Shown here: positions 1 through 9,362 of the stretch, piece after piece
How the letters are laid out: every line of letters begins with the position of its first letter
How positions within the stretch are numbered: position 1 is the stretch's first letter
IMG/VR virus record: IMGVR_UViG_3300037067_012889
Span: 288,001 to 352,000 of that record
Source of the DNA: a virus
Taxonomy: Duplodnaviria > Caudoviricetes
Length of the DNA stretch: 64,000 bases
Strand: one strand, 5' to 3'
Translations under genes and position numbers: made by a program
Notes under the pieces: generated by a model
Database searches by the model: none
Told to the model about the DNA's origin: nothing
Seen by the model: the letters and a program-made list of their open reading frames with translations, nothing else

Positions 1-196
1 CGTTGGCAATACTGCCAAATTTATCGCTGAGTTGGTTCTGGCTGCCACCAGGTACCGGCAATGTTATTTGCGATACTGACTGCAACTCAGTATATAACAA
101 TATACCTAATCGCTGTAAGTCTCTAACATAATCCCATTTGCTCTTAGCACGCGCCGGAACTGTTCTGAAATAAGCGGTAAATGGTACTAATGACAT
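1..196 (-). CDS. Hypothetical protein, partial (runs off the left edge; MSLVPFTAYFRTVPARAKSKW...)
   Basis: ATG at 196 preceded by a GGAG SD; the frame is open to the window edge (read manually). Confidence 0.6.
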   Translation of the reverse strand, partial: MSLVPFTAYFRTVPARAKSKWDYVRDLQRLGILLYTELQSVSQITLPVPGGSQNQLSDKFGSIAN

Positions 197-289
197 ACCT
201 GTCTCCAATCTGTTGGGTCACAATTATTTTTGGCGAGCAAATTATCTTTTAGGTGTGTATTTCAAATGAAGACCACTAGAGGTACAGTA

Positions 290-577
290 ATGACACATGA
301 CGAAATTAGGGTAGATTCGTTTAATAGAATTGTTGAAGCTATTAATGAGGTCTTCCCAGGTATCCGAAACAAATCGGACATCAACACCCTAACTTTCGAT
401 GACGAGTCAATCAAAGTCGAAATGAAGGGCAGCGACGCCAATGACGGATATTTCGATATTTCAAACTTCGATAATAACAGTTTTGGGACACTATGGTGTG
501 TTAAGCCAGTCGTCGGCGTATTAGTCAGAGAAATAGCAAGAGTCAGGCGACAGAAGATTATGGATAAGCTAAGATGA
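290..577 (+). CDS. Hypothetical protein (likely start ATG 290, MTHDEIRV...)
   Basis: ORF 230..577; AGAGG SD just upstream of ATG 290. Confidence 0.6.
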   Translation: MTHDEIRVDSFNRIVEAINEVFPGIRNKSDINTLTFDDESIKVEMKGSDANDGYFDISNFDNNSFGTLWCVKPVVGVLVREIARVRRQKIMDKLR

Positions 578-886
578 TGCCTTGCTAACAAGATGTCTGA
601 TCATCCATAATGCCAGATTATCTCCACGGCCAGCTTTTTTCTTCATAGCTTCCTTAAATTTAGCATTATCTTTGTTCTCTATGCATATTTCCATAGCATA
701 CTTATTCCATTCATCTTCATTATCATCCGTCTTTAAGTTGCGTATTTCGTCGCTAATAATATCTTGTTTATCCCTATCATTCTCTTCACCCCATAATCTA
801 TACAATCTTTGTATCTCGTTTTTTAACTCGGGACCCGACAGATTTTTATCTAATGCTTCAAACAGCATCTTATCAAAATATTTCAT
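569..886 (-). CDS. Hypothetical charged helical protein
   Basis: 105-aa ORF with protein-like composition; abuts the neighbouring gene. Confidence 0.6.
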   Translation of the reverse strand: MKYFDKMLFEALDKNLSGPELKNEIQRLYRLWGEENDRDKQDIISDEIRNLKTDDNEDEWNKYAMEICIENKDNAKFKEAMKKKAGRGDNLALWMIRHLVSKASS

Positions 887-918
887 ATCATATGATCCCT
901 TCGGAATATATTTGGATA

Positions 919-957
919 CAACAACAGCGGCTTTTTAGGGCCGCTGTTGTTGCTTTT
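919..957. terminator. 13-bp hairpin, probable intrinsic terminator
   Basis: CAACAACAGCGGC-tttttagg-GCCGCTGTTGTTG, followed by CTTTT on +; lies just downstream of the - strand gene ending at 985. Confidence 0.6.
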
Positions 958-984
958 ATCGCACTCACACCGCTAGTGAGAGCA

Positions 985-1395
985 TTAGGCGTCGACTGGA
1001 ACGACATATACGTCGTTCCGGAGGTCGGCCTGCAGGTCTCGGCTAAGCGAAGAGTGGACGTTGGCCAAGAACTTGTCGCTGCCGATTTGGAAAGCGAAGT
1101 CGATTCCAGGCAGACCCTCTTGGGCCGCACCGAACGTCTTGACTTGGTACAGACCGACAACGATCGGGAAACCACGACCAGCGCCAAAACGAGCTTCGCC
1201 GCAATATGGGCTGAAATCCTGCAGTGTGGTATCTCTGGTTAACACACCAACCAAGATTTCCTCACCAGGAACGCTCATGATCAACGGACGGAGCCGCTTG
1301 GTCAAAGCCGCAACTGCCTCGTGACGCAGAGCCTTGCGATAGGCTCGTACATTACGATAGACACTGATGGAAGTATTTGCTGGTTGAGCACTCAT
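985..1395 (-). CDS. Hypothetical protein (start MSAQPANT...), possibly highly expressed or structural
   Basis: GGAG SD before ATG 1395; GC-richer codon usage than its neighbours; hairpin downstream. Confidence 0.7.
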   Translation of the reverse strand: MSAQPANTSISVYRNVRAYRKALRHEAVAALTKRLRPLIMSVPGEEILVGVLTRDTTLQDFSPYCGEARFGAGRGFPIVVGLYQVKTFGAAQEGLPGIDFAFQIGSDKFLANVHSSLSRDLQADLRNDVYVVPVDA

Positions 1396-1497
1396 GTTAA
1401 ATCTCCATTGAAACGTGTGAATGTATTTGATTATTAACTTCTCTGCCCACATATTAGTTTTGCACGAATAAACAATTTCTATTTCTTAGGCTAAATC

Positions 1498-1845
1498 GTG
1501 ATATACTGCATAATCTGCACGCAGCATTATATGACACCGGCGGAATTGAAAAAAGAATGTACTGTCGAAAAGTGGCTACCAATACTCATAATACGAACGG
1601 CTGGTGATGACACCCCTATAATACCATTATTCGATAGAATGGATTTGGCATCGAGATTCGTGGAAAGAAATCTGCCGCCAAAATGGATATGCGGTGTTTT
1701 AAATCTACAGCCAAGTGATGCCGAATTAATAGACTCCAAAGGATGGAAAGCTATTAAATATGATTATCCACGAAAAATAAAAGATGTTGTTAAATTTGAC
1801 GTAGAAATTATTGACCTAAATCATGACGTAACGATAAAAGTTTAA
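1498..1845 (+). CDS. Hypothetical protein
   Basis: 115-aa ORF filling the gap; convergent overlap with the next gene. Confidence 0.6.
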   Translation: MIYCIICTQHYMTPAELKKECTVEKWLPILIIRTAGDDTPIIPLFDRMDLASRFVERNLPPKWICGVLNLQPSDAELIDSKGWKAIKYDYPRKIKDVVKFDVEIIDLNHDVTIKV

Positions 1846-2135
1846 TTGTCAACGACAAGGTCTGGATATTGCATACGAAAATTCTCTAATGTCGCATTGA
1901 GTATGCTTGCACTATCGAAATTAATCGGCACACAGATAATATGCAGTGATTCATTATTATTAATTAAGTATACTTTCCTAGAAACACGTGCATAAAAATA
2001 ATCTTTTGATTCGACTAAATCGAATCCTATTTCATCGCCAGTATTCAGCCAAGCTAGATCATCTGGCTGATTATGTATGTTGAATCTTTGTATCTTCTGC
2101 CCATTAATATCAAACTGAAGAACTATATTTGCCAT
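1842..2135 (-). CDS. Hypothetical protein
   Basis: 97-aa ORF coupled to the upstream glycosyltransferase genes. Confidence 0.6.
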   Translation of the reverse strand: MANIVLQFDINGQKIQRFNIHNQPDDLAWLNTGDEIGFDLVESKDYFYARVSRKVYLINNNESLHIICVPINFDSASILNATLENFRMQYPDLVVDN

Positions 2136-3084
2136 TTTTTGCTCTTTGTAAAATCATTCTAAACTGTGCTAATTGTGACCAATGACTTAAATAATCTTTT
2201 GTCGCTTGGTCCGCTATTTTTTGCCATAATGGCAAATCAATTCTAGAATCAATATCGCCCCAGTCATCAACCAAAATTGCGTTGTGTTTATCAATTAACG
2301 GTGGATAATATGGCGATCTTTGTCGTTTCGCTATTATTGTGCGCCCAAAGATTACAGCCTCAATAAATCGCAGGCTTTTATCTCCGGCACCGCGTAAATC
2401 AACACATGCTTTGTAAGAAAGCAAATATTTCAAATACGCATCTGCAGATGCATTTGCTCTAAATGTAAGATTTACCCAGCTTGGCATTCCGCCTGTTTTA
2501 TTGCGCTCACCATAACCGCCACGGCCCATGAAACCAGCCAAACCGACAAGGTCATATTTGAAGGAGTCTCTGATTGCCTGTACGTTGTCGTCGAGAAAAG
2601 CGTAATCTAGATGCTTTCTAGCAAGTAGATCAAACATCTGTGTTGACGTACGATGCGCAACTGGTACGACTTTGTGTCCATAATCTCTCAATAGCTCTGG
2701 TGTACAGTTTACTGGCATGAACAAATCGCAACGATTTTGGACAGAACCGCCTTGGCGTCCCTTCCATTTCATCGTCTTCTCTCTGAAAACTCTATCAGAT
2801 GAGCATAAACAAACTTTAAATGCCGGAAGCCTTTTTATATTGTCCCAATTATCGTCGAAAAAGAATGTGTCCGATTTTGCGATATAGAGATCGACGCCAT
2901 CATAATTGTCAGATATCAAATGCTTAACGCGACACAATATCCATTCTTTTTCTATCTGACCTTTGCGAACAACAACTTTCACCGGCAAACGCATTCTATC
3001 GGCAATCTCGGCCAAATTAGCAAGTTGATATGCGCAACGCGGGAGCCTGTTGTCGCTAAGCATTGAAAAATCGATTACGATCAT
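2110..3084 (-). CDS. Glycosyltransferase-like protein (GT-B, CgeB/Glyco_trans_1_2-like C-terminus)
   Basis: C-terminal YLKYLLSYKACVDLRGAG-DKSLRFIEAVIFG..IIA pattern typical of GT-B nucleotide-sugar-binding domains. Confidence 0.6.
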   Translation of the reverse strand: MIVIDFSMLSDNRLPRCAYQLANLAEIADRMRLPVKVVVRKGQIEKEWILCRVKHLISDNYDGVDLYIAKSDTFFFDDNWDNIKRLPAFKVCLCSSDRVFREKTMKWKGRQGGSVQNRCDLFMPVNCTPELLRDYGHKVVPVAHRTSTQMFDLLARKHLDYAFLDDNVQAIRDSFKYDLVGLAGFMGRGGYGERNKTGGMPSWVNLTFRANASADAYLKYLLSYKACVDLRGAGDKSLRFIEAVIFGRTIIAKRQRSPYYPPLIDKHNAILVDDWGDIDSRIDLPLWQKIADQATKDYLSHWSQLAQFRMILQRAKNGKYSSSV

Positions 3085-4040
3085 TTTATTTTCTTAGAAG
3101 ATAGCAGAGCATCTGCGACATCACTGAATCCAAGCGCTGTCATTAATGTCGCCATTCTATGATGATACGTATGTGCCGCCAGGACATCTTGGCGTTGTTG
3201 CTCTGCTATTTTCGGTAGCCAACTATGATCTGATAATAAGCTTTTAATTTCGTAATGAAACACTTTAGGATTGGTAGCGGTTATTGCGTGTGGCAGATAT
3301 CTATCAAGACCAAGAGCTGGGTCGTGAACAATCACAGCACCACTCAAAGCCGCTTTGAAAACTCGTTCCGGCAAGTCGATTCCAGATGTAATTGTATGTG
3401 GTTCGCTAATGCACGGCGCTATTCTACAACTCGCCAACAATATCGCAACTTCATCATTTTCTATTGGGCCATCGCAGAGTTTATCTGGCCAATCTCCCCA
3501 TCCATATACTTTATGCGATATCGTTTTATCTCGCAAAACCGGCAACAGATATGCATCTATATTTCGTGCTTTGTATGGCCATCGACCACCAACATATGCG
3601 ATATCATATTTGGCATGATTGCCGTTACTGGCATTATATATTGTAGCATCACCCGCAGTCGCTAATGGTACCCATAGCATACCAGCTTGATCCCAGAAAG
3701 ACCAAAGATTACGGTCGGTCTCGTGCCCATAACCAAAAACGACATCTGGCTTTATCGATTTCACCCAATTTATCGTAAATTGCGTTTCATTGATCTTGGG
3801 CTCTATTTTAACAGAACCATATGGATTCACGTGTAGTGCAATTTTGCATTTGCGATCTTTCGGTATTGGTTGTTGATGGCCACTACATCCTATATAGATG
3901 TCCGGGGAAAATGTGTCCCATGATTCTCGCCTACCGTCCCAACGATCCACAACACAACCAGCATCACGCAAAGCATTGATCATGCCATCTGTGATATATG
4001 CCCATGCGCCGCCCGGCCTATGACAAAATAAAACTCTCAT
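3081..4040 (-). CDS. CgeB-family glycosyltransferase (GT-B)
   Basis: YDIAYVGG, VYGWGDW, ERVFKAALSG, IAEQQRQDVLAAHTYHHR motifs. Confidence 0.8.
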   Translation of the reverse strand: MRVLFCHRPGGAWAYITDGMINALRDAGCVVDRWDGRRESWDTFSPDIYIGCSGHQQPIPKDRKCKIALHVNPYGSVKIEPKINETQFTINWVKSIKPDVVFGYGHETDRNLWSFWDQAGMLWVPLATAGDATIYNASNGNHAKYDIAYVGGRWPYKARNIDAYLLPVLRDKTISHKVYGWGDWPDKLCDGPIENDEVAILLASCRIAPCISEPHTITSGIDLPERVFKAALSGAVIVHDPALGLDRYLPHAITATNPKVFHYEIKSLLSDHSWLPKIAEQQRQDVLAAHTYHHRMATLMTALGFSDVADALLSSKKIK

Positions 4041-4042
4041 AA

Positions 4043-5881
4043 TTACTCGCTTAAATGTTGACCATACCCGCTCTGAGATAGCAATTGACGCTGTCTAGTT
4101 ATTCTATCACTAACAGACAACAATGACAATTTCGATCCCAGCACTTTATTCTTTTGATGGTACATCGTCCAATTGTCTACTCGATCATGATGTAAGTGTA
4201 ATAAATCAAATTGTCTATTTTCTCTCCAATTTGTCGCTTTAGACAATCTGAAATAAAAATCACAATCTTCGACACCATAACCAACAAATTCTTCAACAAA
4301 CCCGCCGATTTTCCAATACGTTTTTCGTCTACATGCAATAGATCCACCCTCAAAATAATCGACCATATGATTGTACATTGGACGATCTACAATACCATTC
4401 GCATTTATTGCACGCGTCTCTGCTAAACCCATATAGAAAATCTGTTTACAGAGATGGCACGATTCTACTTCCGATAATTCTTTAGCTATTGATTTAAAAT
4501 AGTTACTTGGTGCAAGTGTATCTGCATCATGAAGAACAAGCATATCAGATGTACAAGCCGCAACGCCAACGTTCCAAGCTTTACTCTTATTAAAAGCAGC
4601 ACCTGGCAATCCGGGTGTAAAGATATGCTTAGCTGGAGCACATTCATCATCATTTATCTTCTGAGAAGTATCTTCTTCAGTCATTACTATTTCTATGTCA
4701 GGGAAACGTTGTGCCCTGATGCTTCTCAGCACAGTCAATATCGAATCCTTCCTATCGATTTCTCGATAAGGAATGACACATGATATTCGTGGTACATCAG
4801 CACTTTCACTTGCATTGACATAAGTCGGTCTTGTCGTAATAGTGCTAAGTATTGTCTTCGCACGCTTAAATTTTTCAACTCTATTTTCTACAGATGATTG
4901 CTCTGGATAAACAACGAAGAACGATTCAGAACCATCGACATCATAAAATCCGTGTGGTTGCAGTTTACTATTGGCTAACCTTGTAGACCAATCGACATGT
5001 TCTACACCATACTGTCCAAATTGCTCATCAAAATAACCAACTTTATCAAAGGCAATATGATCAAATGCCATTATTGCGCCGTGCGGTTTATTATCGACGA
5101 CACTAAGTGACACACCATTCACGTTAACGCTATTGCCTTTAACAGCACCATAGACACCTGGCTGACGATAACAAAAATGATGAAATCCGGCCTTATGCAT
5201 AGCCAAAAAATAAAAATTTTCCCAACCTTCGCGTAAAACCTCGACATCATCGTTTAATAAGATCTTCTTTGGGAATCTCGACAGACAATGCATTAAACGA
5301 TTGCTATTGCCTGCAACTCCTAGTTGCCGCTCATTCCTGAGAAGTACTATGTCGCCACGTGCCTCTAGCTCTGACAAATATGTTAACTGATCTTGATTGG
5401 TGCTATTGTCGTCGCTTATGAATATAGTAGTTCTACACGTGTTTGTGTATTTGGTAATAGAATCGACCAATCTACGCAACGAATTTGCCCGATTATATGT
5501 CAAGATTCCTATACCAATATCATTGCTGATAGCGAAAGCACTATTTGTAAAAGCTTTTGCAACGGAAGGATCAACATTCCTTCTCATATGCCCAACGATT
5601 GGTTTCTTTGCTTCTTTGTGAACGTGTTTTGTTACTTGTATTGGTCTTGCTATTTGACGAGATGTTTTAATTTCTCTTTTATGTTTCTGAGGTGCTGGTG
5701 GCATATCATCTATATTTATTAGATATCCTTTAGAATTGCCATTACCATTAACATAACGATTAAAGAATTCTGGAAGTCTTACACGACGTCCTTTACGTAT
5801 GTGGACAGTATCACCATTAGGCCCAACCAGATACAAGTCGTGTGGGTGTGGATTTAGATACTCTGGCACAATGTCTTCCAA
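4043..5881 (-). CDS. Two-domain GT-A glycosyltransferase (GT2 + GT2/GT7-like C-terminal domain)
   Basis: ILTYNR...ISDDNS...LLNDD...VGYFDEQFGQYGVEHVD; second domain VIPYR...FNKSKAWNVG...LHDAD...IGGFVEEFVGYGVEDCDF. Confidence 0.85.
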   Translation of the reverse strand: MEDIVPEYLNPHPHDLYLVGPNGDTVHIRKGRRVRLPEFFNRYVNGNGNSKGYLINIDDMPPAPQKHKREIKTSRQIARPIQVTKHVHKEAKKPIVGHMRRNVDPSVAKAFTNSAFAISNDIGIGILTYNRANSLRRLVDSITKYTNTCRTTIFISDDNSTNQDQLTYLSELEARGDIVLLRNERQLGVAGNSNRLMHCLSRFPKKILLNDDVEVLREGWENFYFLAMHKAGFHHFCYRQPGVYGAVKGNSVNVNGVSLSVVDNKPHGAIMAFDHIAFDKVGYFDEQFGQYGVEHVDWSTRLANSKLQPHGFYDVDGSESFFVVYPEQSSVENRVEKFKRAKTILSTITTRPTYVNASESADVPRISCVIPYREIDRKDSILTVLRSIRAQRFPDIEIVMTEEDTSQKINDDECAPAKHIFTPGLPGAAFNKSKAWNVGVAACTSDMLVLHDADTLAPSNYFKSIAKELSEVESCHLCKQIFYMGLAETRAINANGIVDRPMYNHMVDYFEGGSIACRRKTYWKIGGFVEEFVGYGVEDCDFYFRLSKATNWRENRQFDLLHLHHDRVDNWTMYHQKNKVLGSKLSLLSVSDRITRQRQLLSQSGYGQHLSE

Positions 5882-6414
5882 ATGTCATATAGTTCAGTTT
5901 CAAGTTGCTCAAAAGTGCCGTTGTTCCGTGCTATTAAAAATAAGTCGCAAGACTTCTTATATTGTGGCAGTGAACTTTTAAATCTATCAACATAGTCACA
6001 AAGCAACGCCTCTGATAATTTTGCGTCTCTGGATAAACATAGTTGCATGTTAGATTGCACAAACAACAATACTACTCTATGTAATGCTACTTTTGCATCT
6101 TCGATCAATGTCAAAACTGTGTTATATTTTGAATTACAAGCATCTAGGACTATGATTTCTTTTGGCGACACTTGTGATATTTCTTCCCTGCATTTGTCGA
6201 GTGCGGTAGACCAGCACCCGATATTGTACGCGCGTTGGACTTCTATGTCCAATTCAGACAAATTATCAGGAATCCAATCTGATGGCCTGATTATATGCCA
6301 GTTGTAGCTGGCATGCTTAGACGACATAACGTCTATAGCCTTACTCTTACCCGACTTTGGGAACCCGCATGTAAGAATTAGGATAATGTCGCCTCCTTCG
6401 GAGATAGACCACAA
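5854..6414 (-). CDS. P-loop kinase (AAA_33 / polynucleotide kinase-like)
   Basis: LILTCGFPKSGKS Walker A; IIVLDACN; lid-like CLSRD. Confidence 0.7.
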   Translation of the reverse strand: MWSISEGGDIILILTCGFPKSGKSKAIDVMSSKHASYNWHIIRPSDWIPDNLSELDIEVQRAYNIGCWSTALDKCREEISQVSPKEIIVLDACNSKYNTVLTLIEDAKVALHRVVLLFVQSNMQLCLSRDAKLSEALLCDYVDRFKSSLPQYKKSCDLFLIARNNGTFEQLETELYDIWKTLCQSI

Positions 6415-6415
6415 A

Positions 6416-7006
6416 CTAAGATGAGCATGGAATTCCTATATAAAGTGGCACTGGTGTATTGTCTACATTTGTAAATCTAAATACGCTTGGTTTAATTATG
6501 ACACCGCTTGCGTAATTGCCAACACCAGTATTAATTTGTTCGAGTAGCTGTTCAGATACTACATCAACTTTCAATACGTTTTGTGTGTCAAACGTTTTCC
6601 CAAATACATCTCTAATCATACCTGGACCTAGAAATTTATTAAGGCTTACCCTTATATCAACTAAAACAGGTATACCTGTATCCAGGGCAAAATAATAAAT
6701 AGCTTGTTTCACACCAGCTGCATGAGATATAGCTATTAATCTTTTCGCCTGATTTTGAAGAAAGTCTATAGCCACTAGTGTTAGCGAATCTTTTGTATTG
6801 GCGAGGTCGATAGTTTTACCAGCCCAATCGCCCATAGATACAACAACATTACCATTGTTGTGCACTATCAAACAGCTAAGTCCAATGTTCTGATAGTACT
6901 TAATAATATATGACAATCTTCCAGTTATCATCGATATATCAGATAACGGCTCCGGATGCGGCAGCATTATTGGAAGAATTTTAGACGTACCAGATTGTGT
7001 TGCCAT
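6416..7006 (-). CDS. Hypothetical protein, weak resemblance to a nucleotidyltransferase/RNA-ligase fold
   Basis: 196-aa ORF; VLVDIRV..KFL and SGVIIKP resemble ligase motifs IIIa/IV, but there is no clear KxDG. Confidence 0.5.
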   Translation of the reverse strand: MATQSGTSKILPIMLPHPEPLSDISMITGRLSYIIKYYQNIGLSCLIVHNNGNVVVSMGDWAGKTIDLANTKDSLTLVAIDFLQNQAKRLIAISHAAGVKQAIYYFALDTGIPVLVDIRVSLNKFLGPGMIRDVFGKTFDTQNVLKVDVVSEQLLEQINTGVGNYASGVIIKPSVFRFTNVDNTPVPLYIGIPCSS

Positions 7007-7289
7007 CTATTTTTTGCTGTATATGCCAGCTTCCTCGTCGATTATTACGAATAAAATCGGTGTCGAAAACATATGTATTTTTCTTCATCTCATCTTCTGT
7101 CAGTGTAAGCAGTAATCGCGGTGTCCCTTCAAAAATTATCGACACCTTGTTACTCTTAGCGTCGAAATTATTCACAAACCCAAACCATATACGAAACCAA
7201 CCGACCCAAGTTACATAATCAGAGTATCGTGGCATCCATGTTGTCAATGCTCTAAATGTAGCAAGTGGCGGAAGTTCTATTTCTCTCAT
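6981..7289 (-). CDS. Hypothetical protein
   Basis: 102-aa ORF in a tightly packed operon. Confidence 0.65.
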   Translation of the reverse strand: MREIELPPLATFRALTTWMPRYSDYVTWVGWFRIWFGFVNNFDAKSNKVSIIFEGTPRLLLTLTEDEMKKNTYVFDTDFIRNNRRGSWHIQQKIDGNTIWYV

Positions 7290-7291
7290 TT

Positions 7292-7828
7292 TTATCCTTG
7301 CCTCTTATGACTTTCAGTCTTAAAACGAGTCAATCGATGGATATAAACATCATATCGATATGTAAAGCCATCAGACAAATCCCATTGAATAAAATGACCA
7401 CTACGATATCCGCCAAGCATCCTGCTTATAACAGGATCGATTGTAGCAAAGCCACTCTCAGATATGACTGGTGGCGACTTCATTGCTTTGCCGTTAACAT
7501 CGACGGATGCCATGTTGTTTGCTATTTTAGCGGCTGCTTCTTCTCGCTGTTTTACGACATCGAGACCCTCAATAAGCATATCACGTGCCGAGCTAGTTTT
7601 CGATTTTGCTGACACATTGAATATCTGCTTATGGTTGTAAGTATCAGTACCAGCCATCTTAGCGGCAAGAGTAACATCGTCTGTTTTAATATTGAGATGA
7701 GAGTTGGGTTCTAGCTGCATTAAGACGCGTTGTATGTCTGATACGGTCTTTATAGTCGGAATCTCAAACCTTTTGCGGTTCGATTCCGCTTGTGTTCTCC
7801 TGGCTAACTCCCTCTCCAAATTCTCCAT
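7292..7828 (-). CDS. Hypothetical protein
   Basis: 178-aa ORF with GGAG SD, in operon. Confidence 0.7.
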   Translation of the reverse strand: MENLERELARRTQAESNRKRFEIPTIKTVSDIQRVLMQLEPNSHLNIKTDDVTLAAKMAGTDTYNHKQIFNVSAKSKTSSARDMLIEGLDVVKQREEAAAKIANNMASVDVNGKAMKSPPVISESGFATIDPVISRMLGGYRSGHFIQWDLSDGFTYRYDVYIHRLTRFKTESHKRQG

Positions 7829-8258
7829 TAGTATCTCCGTTACTTTCAGAATCTATTATTTTTAAATTAATATCAACTGCTGCAACACGGCCGTTGTGTA
7901 CTAATCTAAATACAGCATGATAAAGATTTGCAAATCCCCAAAGAGCAATCACTTTTACAATTATATTATTACCAGCATCTGACGATATGTATTCTCCGGG
8001 TAGAAAAAACGAGAAAAACAGAGATGTCCATAAACTAGTGCACCACCCACATGATACAAGATCGGAAGCCCATCTCCCAATTAATTTAATTACACTATAA
8101 GCTTTATAGTTATAAACATCACTATCCATTAACGCAGTTCTTGCAAGAAACTGCCTCATCGGCGAAAAGAATACCGATGTGGTTATTGCTTCGGCCGCAC
8201 GTTCTGACGCAATAGTACATATCAACCAAGAGCCAATAATCGATATAATTTCTATCAT
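7764..8258 (-). CDS. DUF1360-like membrane protein
   Basis: Hydrophobic segments and the LVSCGWCTSLWTS (CxWCxSxW) signature. Confidence 0.65.
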   Translation of the reverse strand: MIEIISIIGSWLICTIASERAAEAITTSVFFSPMRQFLARTALMDSDVYNYKAYSVIKLIGRWASDLVSCGWCTSLWTSLFFSFFLPGEYISSDAGNNIIVKVIALWGFANLYHAVFRLVHNGRVAAVDINLKIIDSESNGDTNGEFGEGVSQENTSGIEPQKV

Positions 8259-8542
8259 ACAAACGTCCGATTACAACGTGTACATCGTTTACGATTTCTA
8301 GCACCACTACCAGACAAGATTGGTGACAACGCAGCACCACAAAGAGGACAAGATTTCAAACCATGCAGTTGCTCTTTCACCTTGATTGTGCTAGTGGTTG
8401 TCTTAATTACTATTTTAGATGTCGCCGTAGGGCGTAGCCTGGGAGTTTGAGTAGACTTCGGAATTGGTTTTGGTTTAGATTCACTGACAGCTCGACGTTG
8501 CATTGCCTTAGCCGCAGCACCACCGCATGCACCACATGCCAT
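8255..8542 (-). CDS. Small basic protein with N-terminal MACGACG and a C-terminal Zn ribbon
   Basis: CPLC...CTRC; Lys/Arg/Thr-rich linker. Confidence 0.7.
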   Translation of the reverse strand: MACGACGGAAAKAMQRRAVSESKPKPIPKSTQTPRLRPTATSKIVIKTTTSTIKVKEQLHGLKSCPLCGAALSPILSGSGARNRKRCTRCNRTFV

Positions 8543-8706
8543 TATGACCTAGCCTTTCTAACCCCGATTCTTTGTATGTGTATCTGCTGACGCACTTGTG
8601 CGCTTGGCCGTGATGCTGGCGTTGGCGATTGTCTAATTATAATCGATTTACCTGTGGATCTTGCGACCCTGGTTGGCTTCCTATTTCCGCATCCACCGCA
8701 TGCCAT
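8542..8706 (-). CDS. 54-aa basic microprotein, MACGGCGNRKPTRVARSTGK...KARS (not in the ORF track)
   Basis: Read manually; its TAA overlaps the next ATG (TAATG at 8544-8540); same MACGxCG start as the downstream gene. Confidence 0.65.
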   Translation of the reverse strand: MACGGCGNRKPTRVARSTGKSIIIRQSPTPASRPSAQVRQQIHIQRIGVRKARS

Positions 8707-9362
8707 AATTCACCAAAGAAAAAAGAATCTGGATTAACATTGGCGGCAAAATCATTCCAGCTACAAATAAAACATGGCGTTAATTGTAGCGGTATGATTA
8801 CCCTGTTCTTCCTATTTTTGGTGTGACTTATATTAAATGAAATAGGTCCACAATGTGCATAATGATCAAAGTAAAGATGTGGGAACCATAATCGCTGTTG
8901 TGGTTCATTAGAATCCTTAGGCCGCAAAAATTCGAGGGCAGTAAAATCAAAAGCTATCCAATCCATATTCGGATTTGGTTTAAAAAATACTAATGGTTTA
9001 ATTGGCAACCCTAAAGCTCTTGATACTAGTTGTGCATCATATGAACTCTGGTGATACCACCCACTAAAAATACTGGTAGTATATCCACTTAGAATAGAAG
9101 TTAAGCTAAATCCTTTACCTTTTTTAGCTTCTAGATTGAAACGACACCTATTTTTGGCGTCGGCTGGGACTACATCGCCCGTCAAATCACGCAAGACCGT
9201 GTCAGATTCTCTTCCTTCAACTCGCCGCCGCCGAAATTCCCTGCCAGACCACTCAGTTAATAATCTGGCCACTCTACGTTCATGACATTTCGCGGTCGAG
9301 ACGTTAGACTTTCCCACCTGACTCGCCGTTCTTGTCATCATTGACCTCTGCCGTGGCTGCAA
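8637..9362 (-). CDS. Holliday junction resolvase, Hjc-like PD-(D/E)XK nuclease
   Basis: AKCHERRVARLL...TGDVV...NLEAKKG motif pattern; located in the recombination cluster. Confidence 0.7.
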   Translation of the reverse strand: MQPRQRSMMTRTASQVGKSNVSTAKCHERRVARLLTEWSGREFRRRRVEGRESDTVLRDLTGDVVPADAKNRCRFNLEAKKGKGFSLTSILSGYTTSIFSGWYHQSSYDAQLVSRALGLPIKPLVFFKPNPNMDWIAFDFTALEFLRPKDSNEPQQRLWFPHLYFDHYAHCGPISFNISHTKNRKNRVIIPLQLTPCFICSWNDFAANVNPDSFFFGELWHAVDAEIGSQPGSQDPQVNRL

